A DNA stretch of 56,083 nucleotides. Origin: Clostridia bacterium. Lineage in GTDB: Bacteria > Bacillota > Clostridia > Oscillospirales > QAKW01. The notes under the pieces were generated by a model. The model did no database searches, was not told where the DNA came from, and worked only from the letters and a program-made list of their open reading frames with translations. The first letter of the stretch is position 1; each line of letters starts with the position of its first letter. Made by a program: the position numbers and the translations under genes. This document shows, one piece after another, positions 31,090-41,244 of the stretch. The stretch is from contig JAFUNM010000046.1 in NCBI GenBank assembly GCA_017482195.1, positions 67,931 through 124,013 of the forward strand, written 5' to 3'.

Positions 31090-33114
31090 ATGGAGATCTT
31101 AGCCCCTGCCGGCAATTTCGAGGCAGCCAGAGCCGCAGTTTTAGGCGGCGCCGATGCTATCTATGTGGGTGGGCGAGTTCTTAACGCCCGTCGGGCTGCC
31201 GCAGGCTTCAGCGGCGAGGAACTCAAAGAACTGGTCTCCTTTTGCACCCTCCGCAGGGTAAAGGTTTATGTCACCGTGAATACCCTGACCCGGGAAGACG
31301 AGCTTCCGGTTTTAGAGCAGCTGGTACGGGAGATCGCCGAGGCCGGAGCCGACGGCGTGATCGTAGCGGATCTCGGTGTTGCCCGAATCATTCGCTCCCT
31401 CTGCCCCACCTTGCCTCTTCATGCCTCCACTCAGATGAATGTCCATACTTTAGAGGGAGTGCGTTTTCTGGAAAAGCAGGGCTTTAAGCGAGTGGTTTTG
31501 GCAAGAGAGCTTTCTTTAAAGGAGATCTCCGAGATCTGCCGAAACACCTCCATGGAGATCGAGGTGTTTGCCCACGGGGCCCTCTGTATGAGCTGCAGCG
31601 GAAACTGCTATTTATCGGCCGTCATCGGACAAAAGAGCGGCAACCGGGGTCTTTGCGCCCAGCCCTGCCGTCTGCCCTATGAAAACGGAAAATACCCCTT
31701 AAGCCTGAAGGACTTAAGTCTGCTGTCCCGCTATAAAGAACTCAAATCAGCAGGCATTGCCTCGCTCAAGATCGAGGGGCGTTTGAAATCTCCTGAATAT
31801 GTAGGCAGCGTATGCCAAGCCTTTTCCAAAGCCAAAGCCGGTAAAGATGTAACTGCCGAGGAAGTGCAGCGCCTCCGGCACATTTTCTCCCGGGACGGTT
31901 TCACCGACGGATATATCACCGGAGATTTGGGGCCCCAGATGTTTGGCACCAAGACCAAGACTGCCTATGAAGACTATAAGCAAGCTGTTTCCGAGGTGGT
32001 TAAAACCTTTAAAGAGGGATTTGAACTGAAAAAACGGGAGCTTTCCTTCCGCCTTTCCTTAAGGGAAGCCTACTGCCGTCTGCAGGTGACCTGCGAAGAT
32101 TTTGAAACCACCGTTGAAGGCGCGCTTCCGGAGGCGGCCTTTAAACGGGAAGTGACCGAAGAGGATGCCATTCGCGCCCTTTCCAAGCTGGGCGGCACCC
32201 CCTTTGCTTTAAAAGACTGTACCGCCAAGGTACAGCACGATCTCTTTTATCCGGCTGCTGCTTTTAACGATTTAAGACGGCGGGCTATCGAAGCAGTAGA
32301 GCGGCATTTTGCGCCGGTTCCCCATAAGATTTATGACCTACCGCCGATAGTGGGCAGAAATCATTTTTCCGGCAAGCCGGTTTTAGAGGGCTGGTTCTGG
32401 GAGCCGCAATATGCGGTAGCAGATCCACGTCTCTCCCGCTACTGGCTCAATGGAAACAAAACGGCCTTTTGCGCTCCCTTTGCCACAGACCCCAAAGCAG
32501 GAGTCTTTTTTCCCGTCCTCATTCAAGACGATGCCTTGGAGAAAATGGCCAACCGCCTATACACCATGGGGTTTCGCCATGCCCTGATCCGTAACATCGG
32601 GCAAGCAACCCTCCTGAAAAAGATGGGCTATACGGTACACGGAGATTTTTCCATGAATTTAGCCAACAGTTATGCGTTGCAGACGGTCAGTGAGCTGCTG
32701 GCGGATGCCACCCTCTCTTTTGAGCTGACCCTGCGGGAGATCCGAAATCTGCCCAAGCCCATCCCCTGCGGCATGATCGTCTACGGCAGGCTGCCCCTGA
32801 TGCAGACCAAAAACTGCATTCTATTAAATACCGGTGATTGCCGTCATAAAAAAGGCGGTGCTCTCTGCGATCGCACCGGCCGAACCTTCCCCATTGCCTG
32901 TGATTATGATTGCCAAAATGTGCTCTTTAACAACACACCCCTTTATCTTGCCGACCGCAATCGGGAATGGCAGGAGACGGGAGTGACCTTCGGGCGGTTG
33001 CTCTTCACCGACGAACCCCCCACCGAGATTCAAAAAATTCTGGAGGCCTATACCAAAAACAGCACTCCTCCGGAGGAATATACCAGAGGATTATATTACA
33101 GAGGGGTCTATTAA
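31090..33114 (+). CDS. U32-family Fe-S protein, long form (RlhA-like RNA hydroxylation factor)
   Basis: MEILAPAG, GADAIYVG, LHASTQ, VVLAREL, HGALCMSCSGNC...RGLCAQPCR, SLKIEGR; ATG 31090. Confidence 0.88.
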   Translation: MEILAPAGNFEAARAAVLGGADAIYVGGRVLNARRAAAGFSGEELKELVSFCTLRRVKVYVTVNTLTREDELPVLEQLVREIAEAGADGVIVADLGVARIIRSLCPTLPLHASTQMNVHTLEGVRFLEKQGFKRVVLARELSLKEISEICRNTSMEIEVFAHGALCMSCSGNCYLSAVIGQKSGNRGLCAQPCRLPYENGKYPLSLKDLSLLSRYKELKSAGIASLKIEGRLKSPEYVGSVCQAFSKAKAGKDVTAEEVQRLRHIFSRDGFTDGYITGDLGPQMFGTKTKTAYEDYKQAVSEVVKTFKEGFELKKRELSFRLSLREAYCRLQVTCEDFETTVEGALPEAAFKREVTEEDAIRALSKLGGTPFALKDCTAKVQHDLFYPAAAFNDLRRRAIEAVERHFAPVPHKIYDLPPIVGRNHFSGKPVLEGWFWEPQYAVADPRLSRYWLNGNKTAFCAPFATDPKAGVFFPVLIQDDALEKMANRLYTMGFRHALIRNIGQATLLKKMGYTVHGDFSMNLANSYALQTVSELLADATLSFELTLREIRNLPKPIPCGMIVYGRLPLMQTKNCILLNTGDCRHKKGGALCDRTGRTFPIACDYDCQNVLFNNTPLYLADRNREWQETGVTFGRLLFTDEPPTEIQKILEAYTKNSTPPEEYTRGLYYRGVY

Positions 33115-33117
33115 AAG

Positions 33118-33154
33118 AAAAAAATACGGAGTGTAAAACACTCCGTATTTTTTT
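33118..33154. terminator. Bidirectional intrinsic terminator
   Basis: AAAAAAATACGGAGTG-taaaa-CACTCCGTATTTTTTT between convergent genes. Confidence 0.88.
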
Positions 33155-33207
33155 ACAGTTTCCCGTATATATGAACTGCTTTTCGTATCCGTCTTTCCTT
33201 AAAAAGC

Positions 33208-34200
33208 TTACTGCACATACGGAATATAGAAAAGATCAATAACCAATTGCTTCAATGCGGCATCATCCATATAAAACTCTTCCAATTCCGACTCTTCATT
33301 GAAAGTCCCCTCCGGAATAAGAGTCTCGTTCATCTCATAGTCTGCCGTTTCGATGACCAAAGCAGTCATTTCTGATGCAGCCAATGAGGTGGCCATATAA
33401 TCGTAAAGTTCATTATACAAGGTATACGCTGATACGCCGCCCTCGGAAATACTGGTTCGAATCAGCTCGGTCAATCCATCCATATAATTGCCGATTCGTT
33501 CCAACCGGTTCCGGTTGGTAGGCTCATTCATTTCTTTTCTGGCACGAATATAATTATAGGCCTGAGTCCCGTTCAGCTTGATTCGCCGCCAACGGACAAG
33601 AGTGGGGTCCACAGCAGAAAAATCATCCTCGATCCGCACCTCTACCCCTCCGAAAAAGTCATTGAGGGTAGGAATTGCACCCATGTTTAAGAACAGATAC
33701 TTATCGATATCGATACCATAGAGCAAATTCTCTACTGCGCTGACGGTATTATTACAGCTGATACTGCCCCCGTTGCCATAGGCATGAGACAAGGCGATCT
33801 GAGCCGTCTGAGTTCCTTCTGCCAGATAATTTTCATTGAGCACAGTAAACTGCGTCATGGTATCACGGTCGATCTGGATCTTGTCAATGGTTTTGGTCTC
33901 ATTATTAATGACCAAAAGCAACAAAACATCAGCCTGGCCGCCGGAGCCGTTACCGCCCGAAAGATCGATCTTCCCGTCATTATCCACGCCGCCCAGCAGA
34001 ATCGTTTCCACCTTGGAGTTTTTAATATATTTCTCTCCGTTAAATTCAATATATTCCTGCTCCAGAGTCGTGTTCCACACATAGTCCTCCGGCGGCGCGG
34101 CAGTCTCATCCTCATCATTTCGCAAATACCAAATTCCGATTGCTAATGCCGCAATCAGAATCAAGAGGAACAGGTATTTTAACTTGCGTAAAATTTTCAT
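33208..34200 (-). CDS. LCP (LytR-CpsA-Psr) family glycopolymer transferase
   Basis: N-terminal TM, ILLGGVD, ADVLLLL, QIDRDT, HAYG, FGGVEV, YIRARK, R..R. Confidence 0.9.
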   Translation of the reverse strand: MKILRKLKYLFLLILIAALAIGIWYLRNDEDETAAPPEDYVWNTTLEQEYIEFNGEKYIKNSKVETILLGGVDNDGKIDLSGGNGSGGQADVLLLLVINNETKTIDKIQIDRDTMTQFTVLNENYLAEGTQTAQIALSHAYGNGGSISCNNTVSAVENLLYGIDIDKYLFLNMGAIPTLNDFFGGVEVRIEDDFSAVDPTLVRWRRIKLNGTQAYNYIRARKEMNEPTNRNRLERIGNYMDGLTELIRTSISEGGVSAYTLYNELYDYMATSLAASEMTALVIETADYEMNETLIPEGTFNEESELEEFYMDDAALKQLVIDLFYIPYVQ

Positions 34201-34203
34201 GAA

Positions 34204-34737
34204 TTACTCAGCTTTATTTCTAATAGATTTCTTCAGATAAACTCCGGTCAAAACACCGACTAAAAGGAGTACACCCGCGATAACGAAGGTGAGATCATCA
34301 CCGGTATCGGGAGATTTGACATCCTCATCCTCAGGCGAAGCTGCAGTATCTTTGACCTCAAAATCAGCAGTTGCTTCACCGTCTTCAAACACGATCGTGA
34401 CCGTATACTGACCGCTGCCCAAAAGACGCAGATATTCCTTCAGCAAAGTAACAATCGCCCGGGAAGGATCCACTTCATAATTCTTGGTGTCGATCAATAC
34501 ACCGTTTACCTTCACACCGGTGATCTTTTTCACATCGCCGTTGGCTTCAAAAGACAATTCTTTATCAGGATCAGCTTGATCCCATACATCGCCGTCGCCA
34601 TCCACGATCACATAGCCGGGCGCCGGATCCTCCTGCTCCAATTCAGGGCTGTCCTTGGCTTCACCTGCCGCAAAAGAAGTAAGGGTCATAGAGCCGATCA
34701 GCAAAAGCAGCATCAGGAGCGTTCCTATTCTTTTCAT
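34204..34737 (-). CDS. Small sortase-B-anchored protein with one X2/Ig-like domain
   Basis: Signal peptide; VKVNG.LID..NY...VTL.KEYL..L..G.YTVTIVFEDG.ATADF; sorting signal SPDTG + TM + KKSIRNK. Confidence 0.85.
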   Translation of the reverse strand: MKRIGTLLMLLLLIGSMTLTSFAAGEAKDSPELEQEDPAPGYVIVDGDGDVWDQADPDKELSFEANGDVKKITGVKVNGVLIDTKNYEVDPSRAIVTLLKEYLRLLGSGQYTVTIVFEDGEATADFEVKDTAASPEDEDVKSPDTGDDLTFVIAGVLLLVGVLTGVYLKKSIRNKAE

Positions 34738-34740
34738 TGT

Positions 34741-35478
34741 TTATTCCTCCGTTTCTTTCCAGATAACCAAATATCGTTTACTTTTAATATTATAATAGCA
34801 AGTTGATAAAATGACAAGCCGATCTTTTTCGGAAATTTCCGCACCGCCGGCAATCACCGCATTGAGATCCCTTACACTCAACAGCTCATTGACCAAAGCG
34901 CGATAGACCTCCGCGTCGGTATAATCGGCCTTATACAACAGGTGTCGGTCATCAAAGGGCACAGCCGCCACCAGCGTATAATGCTTTTCCTCCGTAGGAA
35001 GATAGATGGTCATTTGATTATGCGTGTTAAAATATTCCTGATCGGAATAATCTTTCAGATCGCCGAACATCCTGCCGGCGGTAATATTATGACCGTATAC
35101 AACGGTAATGGGATCCTCAAAGGTGAGGGTATTATAGTTTTCGGTAAAGATACTGCCATGATAAGCCCACTCCCCGGCAATGTCTCTTCTCAGATAGTAA
35201 GAATTATCCTCCGTCCGCTGAACGATGGGATAATCGACGCAGGTATCGGGGATCCGGATCCAGGCATAAATGTCTTTATTTTGATTTTGCAGGCCTGAAA
35301 AATCAACAGGGGAGACATACTCCGACGTTTGAGGAACGTCTGCAACCGGCGGAGCGCTCTCTTGAATCATCTCTTCTGCCTGCCGTCCGCTGAGCCATTT
35401 CCAGCCGAGTAGCGCCAGCAATAGCAGGATCAGCAGCAAAATCACCGCTGATAATACTCTTTTTTGTTTTATTTTCAT
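34741..35478 (-). CDS. srtB: Class B sortase
   Basis: N-terminal TM, WIRIPDT.VDYPIVQ, YGHN, LSTC catalytic Cys, RYLV Arg. Confidence 0.93.
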   Translation of the reverse strand: MKIKQKRVLSAVILLLILLLLALLGWKWLSGRQAEEMIQESAPPVADVPQTSEYVSPVDFSGLQNQNKDIYAWIRIPDTCVDYPIVQRTEDNSYYLRRDIAGEWAYHGSIFTENYNTLTFEDPITVVYGHNITAGRMFGDLKDYSDQEYFNTHNQMTIYLPTEEKHYTLVAAVPFDDRHLLYKADYTDAEVYRALVNELLSVRDLNAVIAGGAEISEKDRLVILSTCYYNIKSKRYLVIWKETEE

Positions 35479-36155
35479 TGCAACAAACCCTTCATCCGCT
35501 GTTGAATTACATCGTTTTGCACACCCAACCGGCGAATTGCTTTTTTCAAGGAACGGTAGGCGCGCTTGCCGCTGCCATGGACATCACTGCCCAAAGCATA
35601 CACCAGGCCGCTTTCCAGAATCTGACGAATATTTTGCTCTAACAATAAAGGGGTAAAGGCTTCTGCATTAAGCTGAAGCATATACTTTCGATCCAATAAT
35701 TTCTGTACGGTTTTCTTCGGATATCGGTTTACATGGGCGATCAGCACCCGCATCCGCTTATGGATCCGTTCGATCGTCTCAAACATTTCGGCCGTCATCG
35801 GCATATCGGGGATCTCCAGCAACAACAAATCGGTACCTTCGATACACAGCTTCTCCAGATTCTGCATTTTATCAAGGCCGATACAAAGCTGCACCTCTGC
35901 CCCTTTCAAAACGGTGATCCCGTAATCAGCCAGGTGCGGCTCCAACAATTGAAACCGCCGATCCCGCAGGCTCAGAAATTCTTCAACCTGATGGAGATGG
36001 GGATAAAAATGGGAAGTTGCTACGATCGTTCCGATTTCGGCCTCCCTGGCCGCCTCTAACTGCTGAAGAGAGGTTTCTAAAGAACTGCTGCCATGGTCAA
36101 CTCCGGGAAGGATATGAGCATGAAAATCCAGATACATCTGCTCTGTATTATTCAT
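35475..36155 (-). CDS. CpsB/CapC-like PHP tyrosine phosphatase
   Basis: DFHAHILPGVDHGS, ATSHFY, GAEV, IAHVNRY, GSDVH. Confidence 0.9.
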   Translation of the reverse strand: MNNTEQMYLDFHAHILPGVDHGSSSLETSLQQLEAAREAEIGTIVATSHFYPHLHQVEEFLSLRDRRFQLLEPHLADYGITVLKGAEVQLCIGLDKMQNLEKLCIEGTDLLLLEIPDMPMTAEMFETIERIHKRMRVLIAHVNRYPKKTVQKLLDRKYMLQLNAEAFTPLLLEQNIRQILESGLVYALGSDVHGSGKRAYRSLKKAIRRLGVQNDVIQQRMKGLLQ

Positions 36156-36172
36156 TTTCAACTCCCCTATCC

Positions 36173-36931
36173 TTATTTTTCGCTTTTACTTTCGCCGTAA
36201 CCGTAGCCATAGCCTCCGTAGTAGCCGTAGCGCTTATAATACTTATAACGGTGCTTATTATAATATTTTGATGTTTTATAGTAGTATCGCCCTGCATTGA
36301 AGGGAACATTATTCAAAATCGTGCCCAGGATAGTGGAATGGGAAGCTATGATCTGGTTCTTACTGTCCAAAACCTCCTGCACACTGACCACACCGTAGTT
36401 AATAACCAGGATGGTGCCGTCGCACTTTTGGGCAATATAAGCGCCGTCGATGACCGGTTGCACCGGCGGTGTATCCACCAACACCAGGTCATAACGCTTG
36501 CTCAATTCCTCCAGTAGCTCTTCAAATCGGGGCTTTTTTAAAAGATTGACCGGATTAGATACCGTTTTGCCGGCCAAAATAATGTCGGCATTTTCAATAT
36601 TGGTTTCATAAATAACCTCATCAATAGAGGCAATACCGGCCAGATAATGGGTCAGGCCCATCACATAATCGTCGCTCTCAACACCATAATCGGTGGCAAT
36701 ACGGGATTTTCGCAGGTCGCAGTCTACCAGAACCACCTTTTTGCCGTTGTTCGCGCAAGTCCGCAGCAGCTGCATGGAGACGAAGCTTTTTCCTTCATTT
36801 TCACGGGTACTGGTAATGCTGATCTTTTTAATATCATCACCGCAGAAATCCAGGTTGACGCTGATGGAGTTGAACTGCTCCGCACGGGTATACTCTAATT
36901 TATCAAAATTTTTAAATGTAATCTTTTTCAT
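36173..36931 (-). CDS. CpsD/CapB-like BY-kinase
   Basis: Walker A-like TSTRENEGKS, LVDCDLR, LVDTPP, C-terminal Tyr cluster. Confidence 0.93.
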   Translation of the reverse strand: MKKITFKNFDKLEYTRAEQFNSISVNLDFCGDDIKKISITSTRENEGKSFVSMQLLRTCANNGKKVVLVDCDLRKSRIATDYGVESDDYVMGLTHYLAGIASIDEVIYETNIENADIILAGKTVSNPVNLLKKPRFEELLEELSKRYDLVLVDTPPVQPVIDGAYIAQKCDGTILVINYGVVSVQEVLDSKNQIIASHSTILGTILNNVPFNAGRYYYKTSKYYNKHRYKYYKRYGYYGGYGYGYGESKSEK

Positions 36932-36943
36932 GATTCAAATCCC

Positions 36944-37696
36944 TCACGAAGCCTTTTCCGTTTTTTTGCTTTTTTTCTTTCTGCTGCGCTTTTTATCACC
37001 GGTCTGCGCCTTAGTGGGTGCTTCATTGACCATACCCAATACATTCAGCTGCAGCATAGAATCGATATCCTCGACGGATTTGATGGTATCATCGGAAACC
37101 GTTTTTAAATAAGAGAATACAAAGAAGGCCAGAGCGCCCAACACAAAGCTGACCATCGCATTCATCGTAGAATTGGGACTTACCTGTGCGCCTCTTGCCG
37201 CGGCATATTCCGTAATCTTCGGATGAGAGGATTCCATAATATCTGCCAATTTGGTGACGGAGACCTCCGCTAAAGCATTGGAGATATCGGCAGCCAGTTT
37301 ATCATCCTTGCAAACCGTCGTAATCTCAATCGCATGAGTACCCGTTGGATTAGTGACCGAGATCATATCACTGAGCATGGCATAGGTATACTCACTGCCC
37401 AGACCGATACGAAGCTTCATTTCGGTGATGAAGGGACGGCTGGTGATCAGGTAAATATAATCGTCCGTCAAGGAAGAACCGATTTGAATATCATCCAACT
37501 GCAGCACCGAATCAGAGGCGGAAGCAATATAAAGTGCAGACTTTGCAGAATACTTCGGATCAATAAACTTTTTGCTGAAAAGACCTACGCTGCCGCCCAA
37601 AACCAAGCCGGAGATGATCATGCCGATCAGACTTTTCTTTATAATATAAAACAACCCGGCAAGGCTTCTTTTAAAATCGGTTTCTTTCTGTATCAT
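36944..37696 (-). CDS. CpsC/Wzz-like polysaccharide co-polymerase
   Basis: Two TMs, PKYSA, SPN, DDTIKSVEDI...LNVLG. Confidence 0.9.
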   Translation of the reverse strand: MIQKETDFKRSLAGLFYIIKKSLIGMIISGLVLGGSVGLFSKKFIDPKYSAKSALYIASASDSVLQLDDIQIGSSLTDDYIYLITSRPFITEMKLRIGLGSEYTYAMLSDMISVTNPTGTHAIEITTVCKDDKLAADISNALAEVSVTKLADIMESSHPKITEYAAARGAQVSPNSTMNAMVSFVLGALAFFVFSYLKTVSDDTIKSVEDIDSMLQLNVLGMVNEAPTKAQTGDKKRSRKKKSKKTEKAS

Positions 37697-38958
37697 ACTA
37701 CTTCCCTTTCTAATTGAATATTTTCTGTTTCAAGCTGTTCTTTTTCAACAATTTCTGCCAATGCCATCAATAAGCCGAACTCTGCCCAGTAATAGAAGTA
37801 ACCGACCATGGTGGACATACAGATGGTTGAAGGCACAAAGATGATGAAAAACATCAAGGCATATTTCATTAACGAATCCTTACTGCCGCGATAAACGACG
37901 ATCATATTATAGATCATCTTTCCCAGCCAAAAGACAAACATAATGGCTGCAATAAAGCCGAATTCCTCAAAAACCGTCAAAACATAATTATGAGCCGCTC
38001 CTACCGCAGTGCTGTTCACTTTATACAGTATGTTAACGGTAGTGCCGTTTCCGGGGCCGACACCCATAAAATAGTACTTCCAGGAAACGCCGATGATGTT
38101 TTTCCACGCCTCCAGCCGAGGCTCATTGCCCGCCGAATAATTGATCAGTTCGTAAAAAACATTTGCCACAACAGAACCAAAAGCGATCAAAATCATAGCA
38201 ATGACAGCAATGATCAACCAGGCAGTTTTTCGCTTGCGGTCCATGATCACATACATCAGCAGTACAGCACAAAGCAGCAACAGAGCCGTATTACACCCGG
38301 TCAGCACGATCACAAATCCGCCAAATGCCATTAATAAAAGATCGATCAGCCCCTTAGCCTTCAGCTTGGTGGTTCCGATAAAACAAATCGGCATGGAAAG
38401 CGCCATAAAGATTGCCAAATTATTGATGTTCATCATAATAGAGGCCGGCATATATAAACCCAACACATTGGTCTGGCGGGTATAAAACTCATAAGCCAAA
38501 TTGAAATAATCACCGGTAAAGCTTTCATAAATACCGATACCGCCGATGATCAAATAGTTGATAATATAAATTCCTGCTGCAAAAATAATGTTTTCCCGTT
38601 TTTTTAGAAAAGACAGGCTGATCGCGATACAGGCAAAAGATGTGACCCAAGTAACCAGATCCACGATTACTGCTATCTGATTGTACGCCCAATACATCGT
38701 AAGCAGACCGGTCACCATCATTACAAGAAAGGTATAGAGAGTAAGATTCCGGAGACGAGGCCCCCTGAACGGAGAATTCTGCAAAACCGTAATCGGCTCC
38801 CCGATAATATAGGTCTTATACCATACCAGGATGACAAATAATAGGATTGCGATCCGCAAAGGAAACAGAGATCCGATAAAAGGAAACCGGATTCCGTCCA
38901 CGGCATTTCCCCAAACGGCAGAAGAAATGAAAAATAGAATAAACCATTTATCCCACAT
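37693..38958 (-). CDS. Wzy / O-antigen-ligase (Wzy_C) family membrane protein
   Basis: Polytopic; N.NNLA, R...W, GVGPG, AHNYVL..FEEFG. Confidence 0.82.
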   Translation of the reverse strand: MWDKWFILFFISSAVWGNAVDGIRFPFIGSLFPLRIAILLFVILVWYKTYIIGEPITVLQNSPFRGPRLRNLTLYTFLVMMVTGLLTMYWAYNQIAVIVDLVTWVTSFACIAISLSFLKKRENIIFAAGIYIINYLIIGGIGIYESFTGDYFNLAYEFYTRQTNVLGLYMPASIMMNINNLAIFMALSMPICFIGTTKLKAKGLIDLLLMAFGGFVIVLTGCNTALLLLCAVLLMYVIMDRKRKTAWLIIAVIAMILIAFGSVVANVFYELINYSAGNEPRLEAWKNIIGVSWKYYFMGVGPGNGTTVNILYKVNSTAVGAAHNYVLTVFEEFGFIAAIMFVFWLGKMIYNMIVVYRGSKDSLMKYALMFFIIFVPSTICMSTMVGYFYYWAEFGLLMALAEIVEKEQLETENIQLEREVV

Positions 38959-38979
38959 CTATTTTTCGCTCCTTCCGTC

Positions 38980-40131
38980 TTATTTTAAAACTTTTTTGTA
39001 AAGAGCTTCATAAGCCCTTGCGATGCTGTCTTCCGAATAGGCTGCAAGCGCCTTCTCCGAAATCCCTTTGCAATCAAATTGAGCATAGGTTTCGATCATC
39101 TTTTTCATAGCCTCTGCCAAAGAATGAGGATCGTCCGGCTCGGCCAGATAGCCGTTACTCTCATTGATCAATTCATAAGCACCGCCGTTCTCGGCGGTAA
39201 CCACCGGTCGCCCGGAGGCCATACTTTCAATATAAACCACGCCAAAGGTCTCGGTAACGCTGGCATGAACCAGTGCATTGGACTGCCCGAGCAGTTCATA
39301 AACTTCTTCTCTGGAAAGGTTTCCGTGAAACTTTAAGAAATCCTGTACATGCAGTTCTTTTGCCTGACATTCCAAGCTTTCCCGCAAAGGGCCGTCACCG
39401 GCAATATGGACCAACACCCGGATTCCCTGTTGTTTTAACTCTGCAACTGCGGATATAATATGATTCACTCGTTTTATTTCAGTGAGACGGGCAATCATCA
39501 CAAAGGTAAACACTTCATTCTCCGGCTTTGGCAGATATTGAAACACCGGGTTCAACACGTTTCCGATCATGATCGGCTTTTTCGCAAGATCATATTTACG
39601 ATAGATATAATCAGCCAAAAACTCTGTAACACAAACGGTGGCATCTGCCTCATCAAAAGTAGGTTTTACATAATCGTAGACCCCTTTTATATGAAGCCAG
39701 TCTTTAATGAAGGAAGAGGAATGCTCCGTCAGAACCACCGGGATATTATACTTTTTCCCTAAGCGGACCGCAGCGATACCCGAAGGATAAAAAGAGTGGG
39801 CGTGTAAAACGTCGATTTTTTGCTTTCTGAGCACCTTCTTCAGGAGCCGTTCTACCTTCATCTCATATAGTTTAATCGTCAAAGGAGCAGATCTTCCGGT
39901 CAAAAAAGCTCCGGTCTTATATTCATAGATCTCCACGCCGTTCTCTATATAATGCTTGATCCCGACATCCCGCTCAGTAGCAAGATAGATACGGGTCGGA
40001 ATGAGCTGAGCATTGATCAGCGTCACCTTATGGCCGGCCTTTGCCATGGCTACTGCCTGCTCCAAAAAGAAGGACCCATTGGTTCTGTTCGCTTTTAAAC
40101 GAAACCACGCAGGCAGAATCACAATATTCAT
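38980..40131 (-). CDS. GT4-like glycosyltransferase
   Basis: DVLHAH, TEH, ETFGVVYIESMASGRPVV. Confidence 0.92.
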   Translation of the reverse strand: MNIVILPAWFRLKANRTNGSFFLEQAVAMAKAGHKVTLINAQLIPTRIYLATERDVGIKHYIENGVEIYEYKTGAFLTGRSAPLTIKLYEMKVERLLKKVLRKQKIDVLHAHSFYPSGIAAVRLGKKYNIPVVLTEHSSSFIKDWLHIKGVYDYVKPTFDEADATVCVTEFLADYIYRKYDLAKKPIMIGNVLNPVFQYLPKPENEVFTFVMIARLTEIKRVNHIISAVAELKQQGIRVLVHIAGDGPLRESLECQAKELHVQDFLKFHGNLSREEVYELLGQSNALVHASVTETFGVVYIESMASGRPVVTAENGGAYELINESNGYLAEPDDPHSLAEAMKKMIETYAQFDCKGISEKALAAYSEDSIARAYEALYKKVLK

Positions 40132-40182
40132 CTTTCAACAATTTTCCTTTCATCAAACATCTGCGAAGCTCCCGCCCTAAAA

Positions 40183-41244
40183 TCAGTTCGGCACAGCGGA
40201 ACAAGAATTCCTCTCCGGATATTCGGCCCAGATGGTCTTTTTGTACTGTTCTTTATTATTCATTCCCTTAGACTGAGCCACTGCATTTACAGACAAGCTT
40301 TGATGTAGATCCTTATTATTGAGGACCTGCAAAATCTTTTCGGCAAGCACATCGTCACTCTCGCTTAAATAACCGGTTTCGTCATTCTTGACCAACGCTG
40401 TTAATCCATCTGCCGGAGTGCTGACAATGGGTACACCCAAGGCCTGTGCCTCCAGGGCACACATGGGGGTCCCCTCCCAACGGGAAGTCATCACCATGAC
40501 CTTCGCGCCCTTAAGCATCTTATGGGGATTTTTCCGAAAGCCCAGGAAATCCACATTTTTTTCCAGGTTCAGCTGCTGTGCAAGCTTTTTGGTTTCCTCC
40601 TCCAGTTCACCTACGCCTACTACAGCAAATTTGGTGCCCGGCCGCTGCTTTGCGACCTTAGAAAAAACCTCCATCAAGCGTTGCGGATTCTTTTGATAGG
40701 TCAGACGGCCGATATAGATCACATCATAAGGATACTGATTTGGATCCTCTTCCGCATTCCGACAGACGCTTTCCGTATCAATAATATTATAAAGCACCGT
40801 GCTTTTTTTGGCCAAAAGTGAGTGGAAACAATATCCCTTATAGGAACTATCGGACACCCAAAAGATATGCTTTGCCTTCCATCCTGCCAACAAATAGGCA
40901 ATGGATTTAGGCGAGACCCCCCTGGAATTGAAATTATTGTTGTGAATATGGGAGATCAACGGAATTCTTTTACAGACCAAGGCCGCATTGAAGCTTGCCC
41001 CCATATCATGAGCGTGGATCACATCCGGCTGAAATTCCTTAATGACCCGCCGCACCTCTTGGGAACTTACCTTCTCCATTGGAAAGAAACGAATGCCCTT
41101 ATCTGCCAACGCTTCACCAATGGGCCCATTTGGGCTGGCATAAGCCGATTCAGCATGCTCTTCGGCCATCATTTGAATAATCTGACAGGCCACATTCTCG
41201 GCCCCGGAATATTTATCGGAATTTAATAAATGAAGAATCTTCAT
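40183..41244 (-). CDS. GT4-like glycosyltransferase
   Basis: SGAE, PDVIHAHD, GRLTYQKN, SRWEGTPMCALEA. Confidence 0.92.
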   Translation of the reverse strand: MKILHLLNSDKYSGAENVACQIIQMMAEEHAESAYASPNGPIGEALADKGIRFFPMEKVSSQEVRRVIKEFQPDVIHAHDMGASFNAALVCKRIPLISHIHNNNFNSRGVSPKSIAYLLAGWKAKHIFWVSDSSYKGYCFHSLLAKKSTVLYNIIDTESVCRNAEEDPNQYPYDVIYIGRLTYQKNPQRLMEVFSKVAKQRPGTKFAVVGVGELEEETKKLAQQLNLEKNVDFLGFRKNPHKMLKGAKVMVMTSRWEGTPMCALEAQALGVPIVSTPADGLTALVKNDETGYLSESDDVLAEKILQVLNNKDLHQSLSVNAVAQSKGMNNKEQYKKTIWAEYPERNSCSAVPN

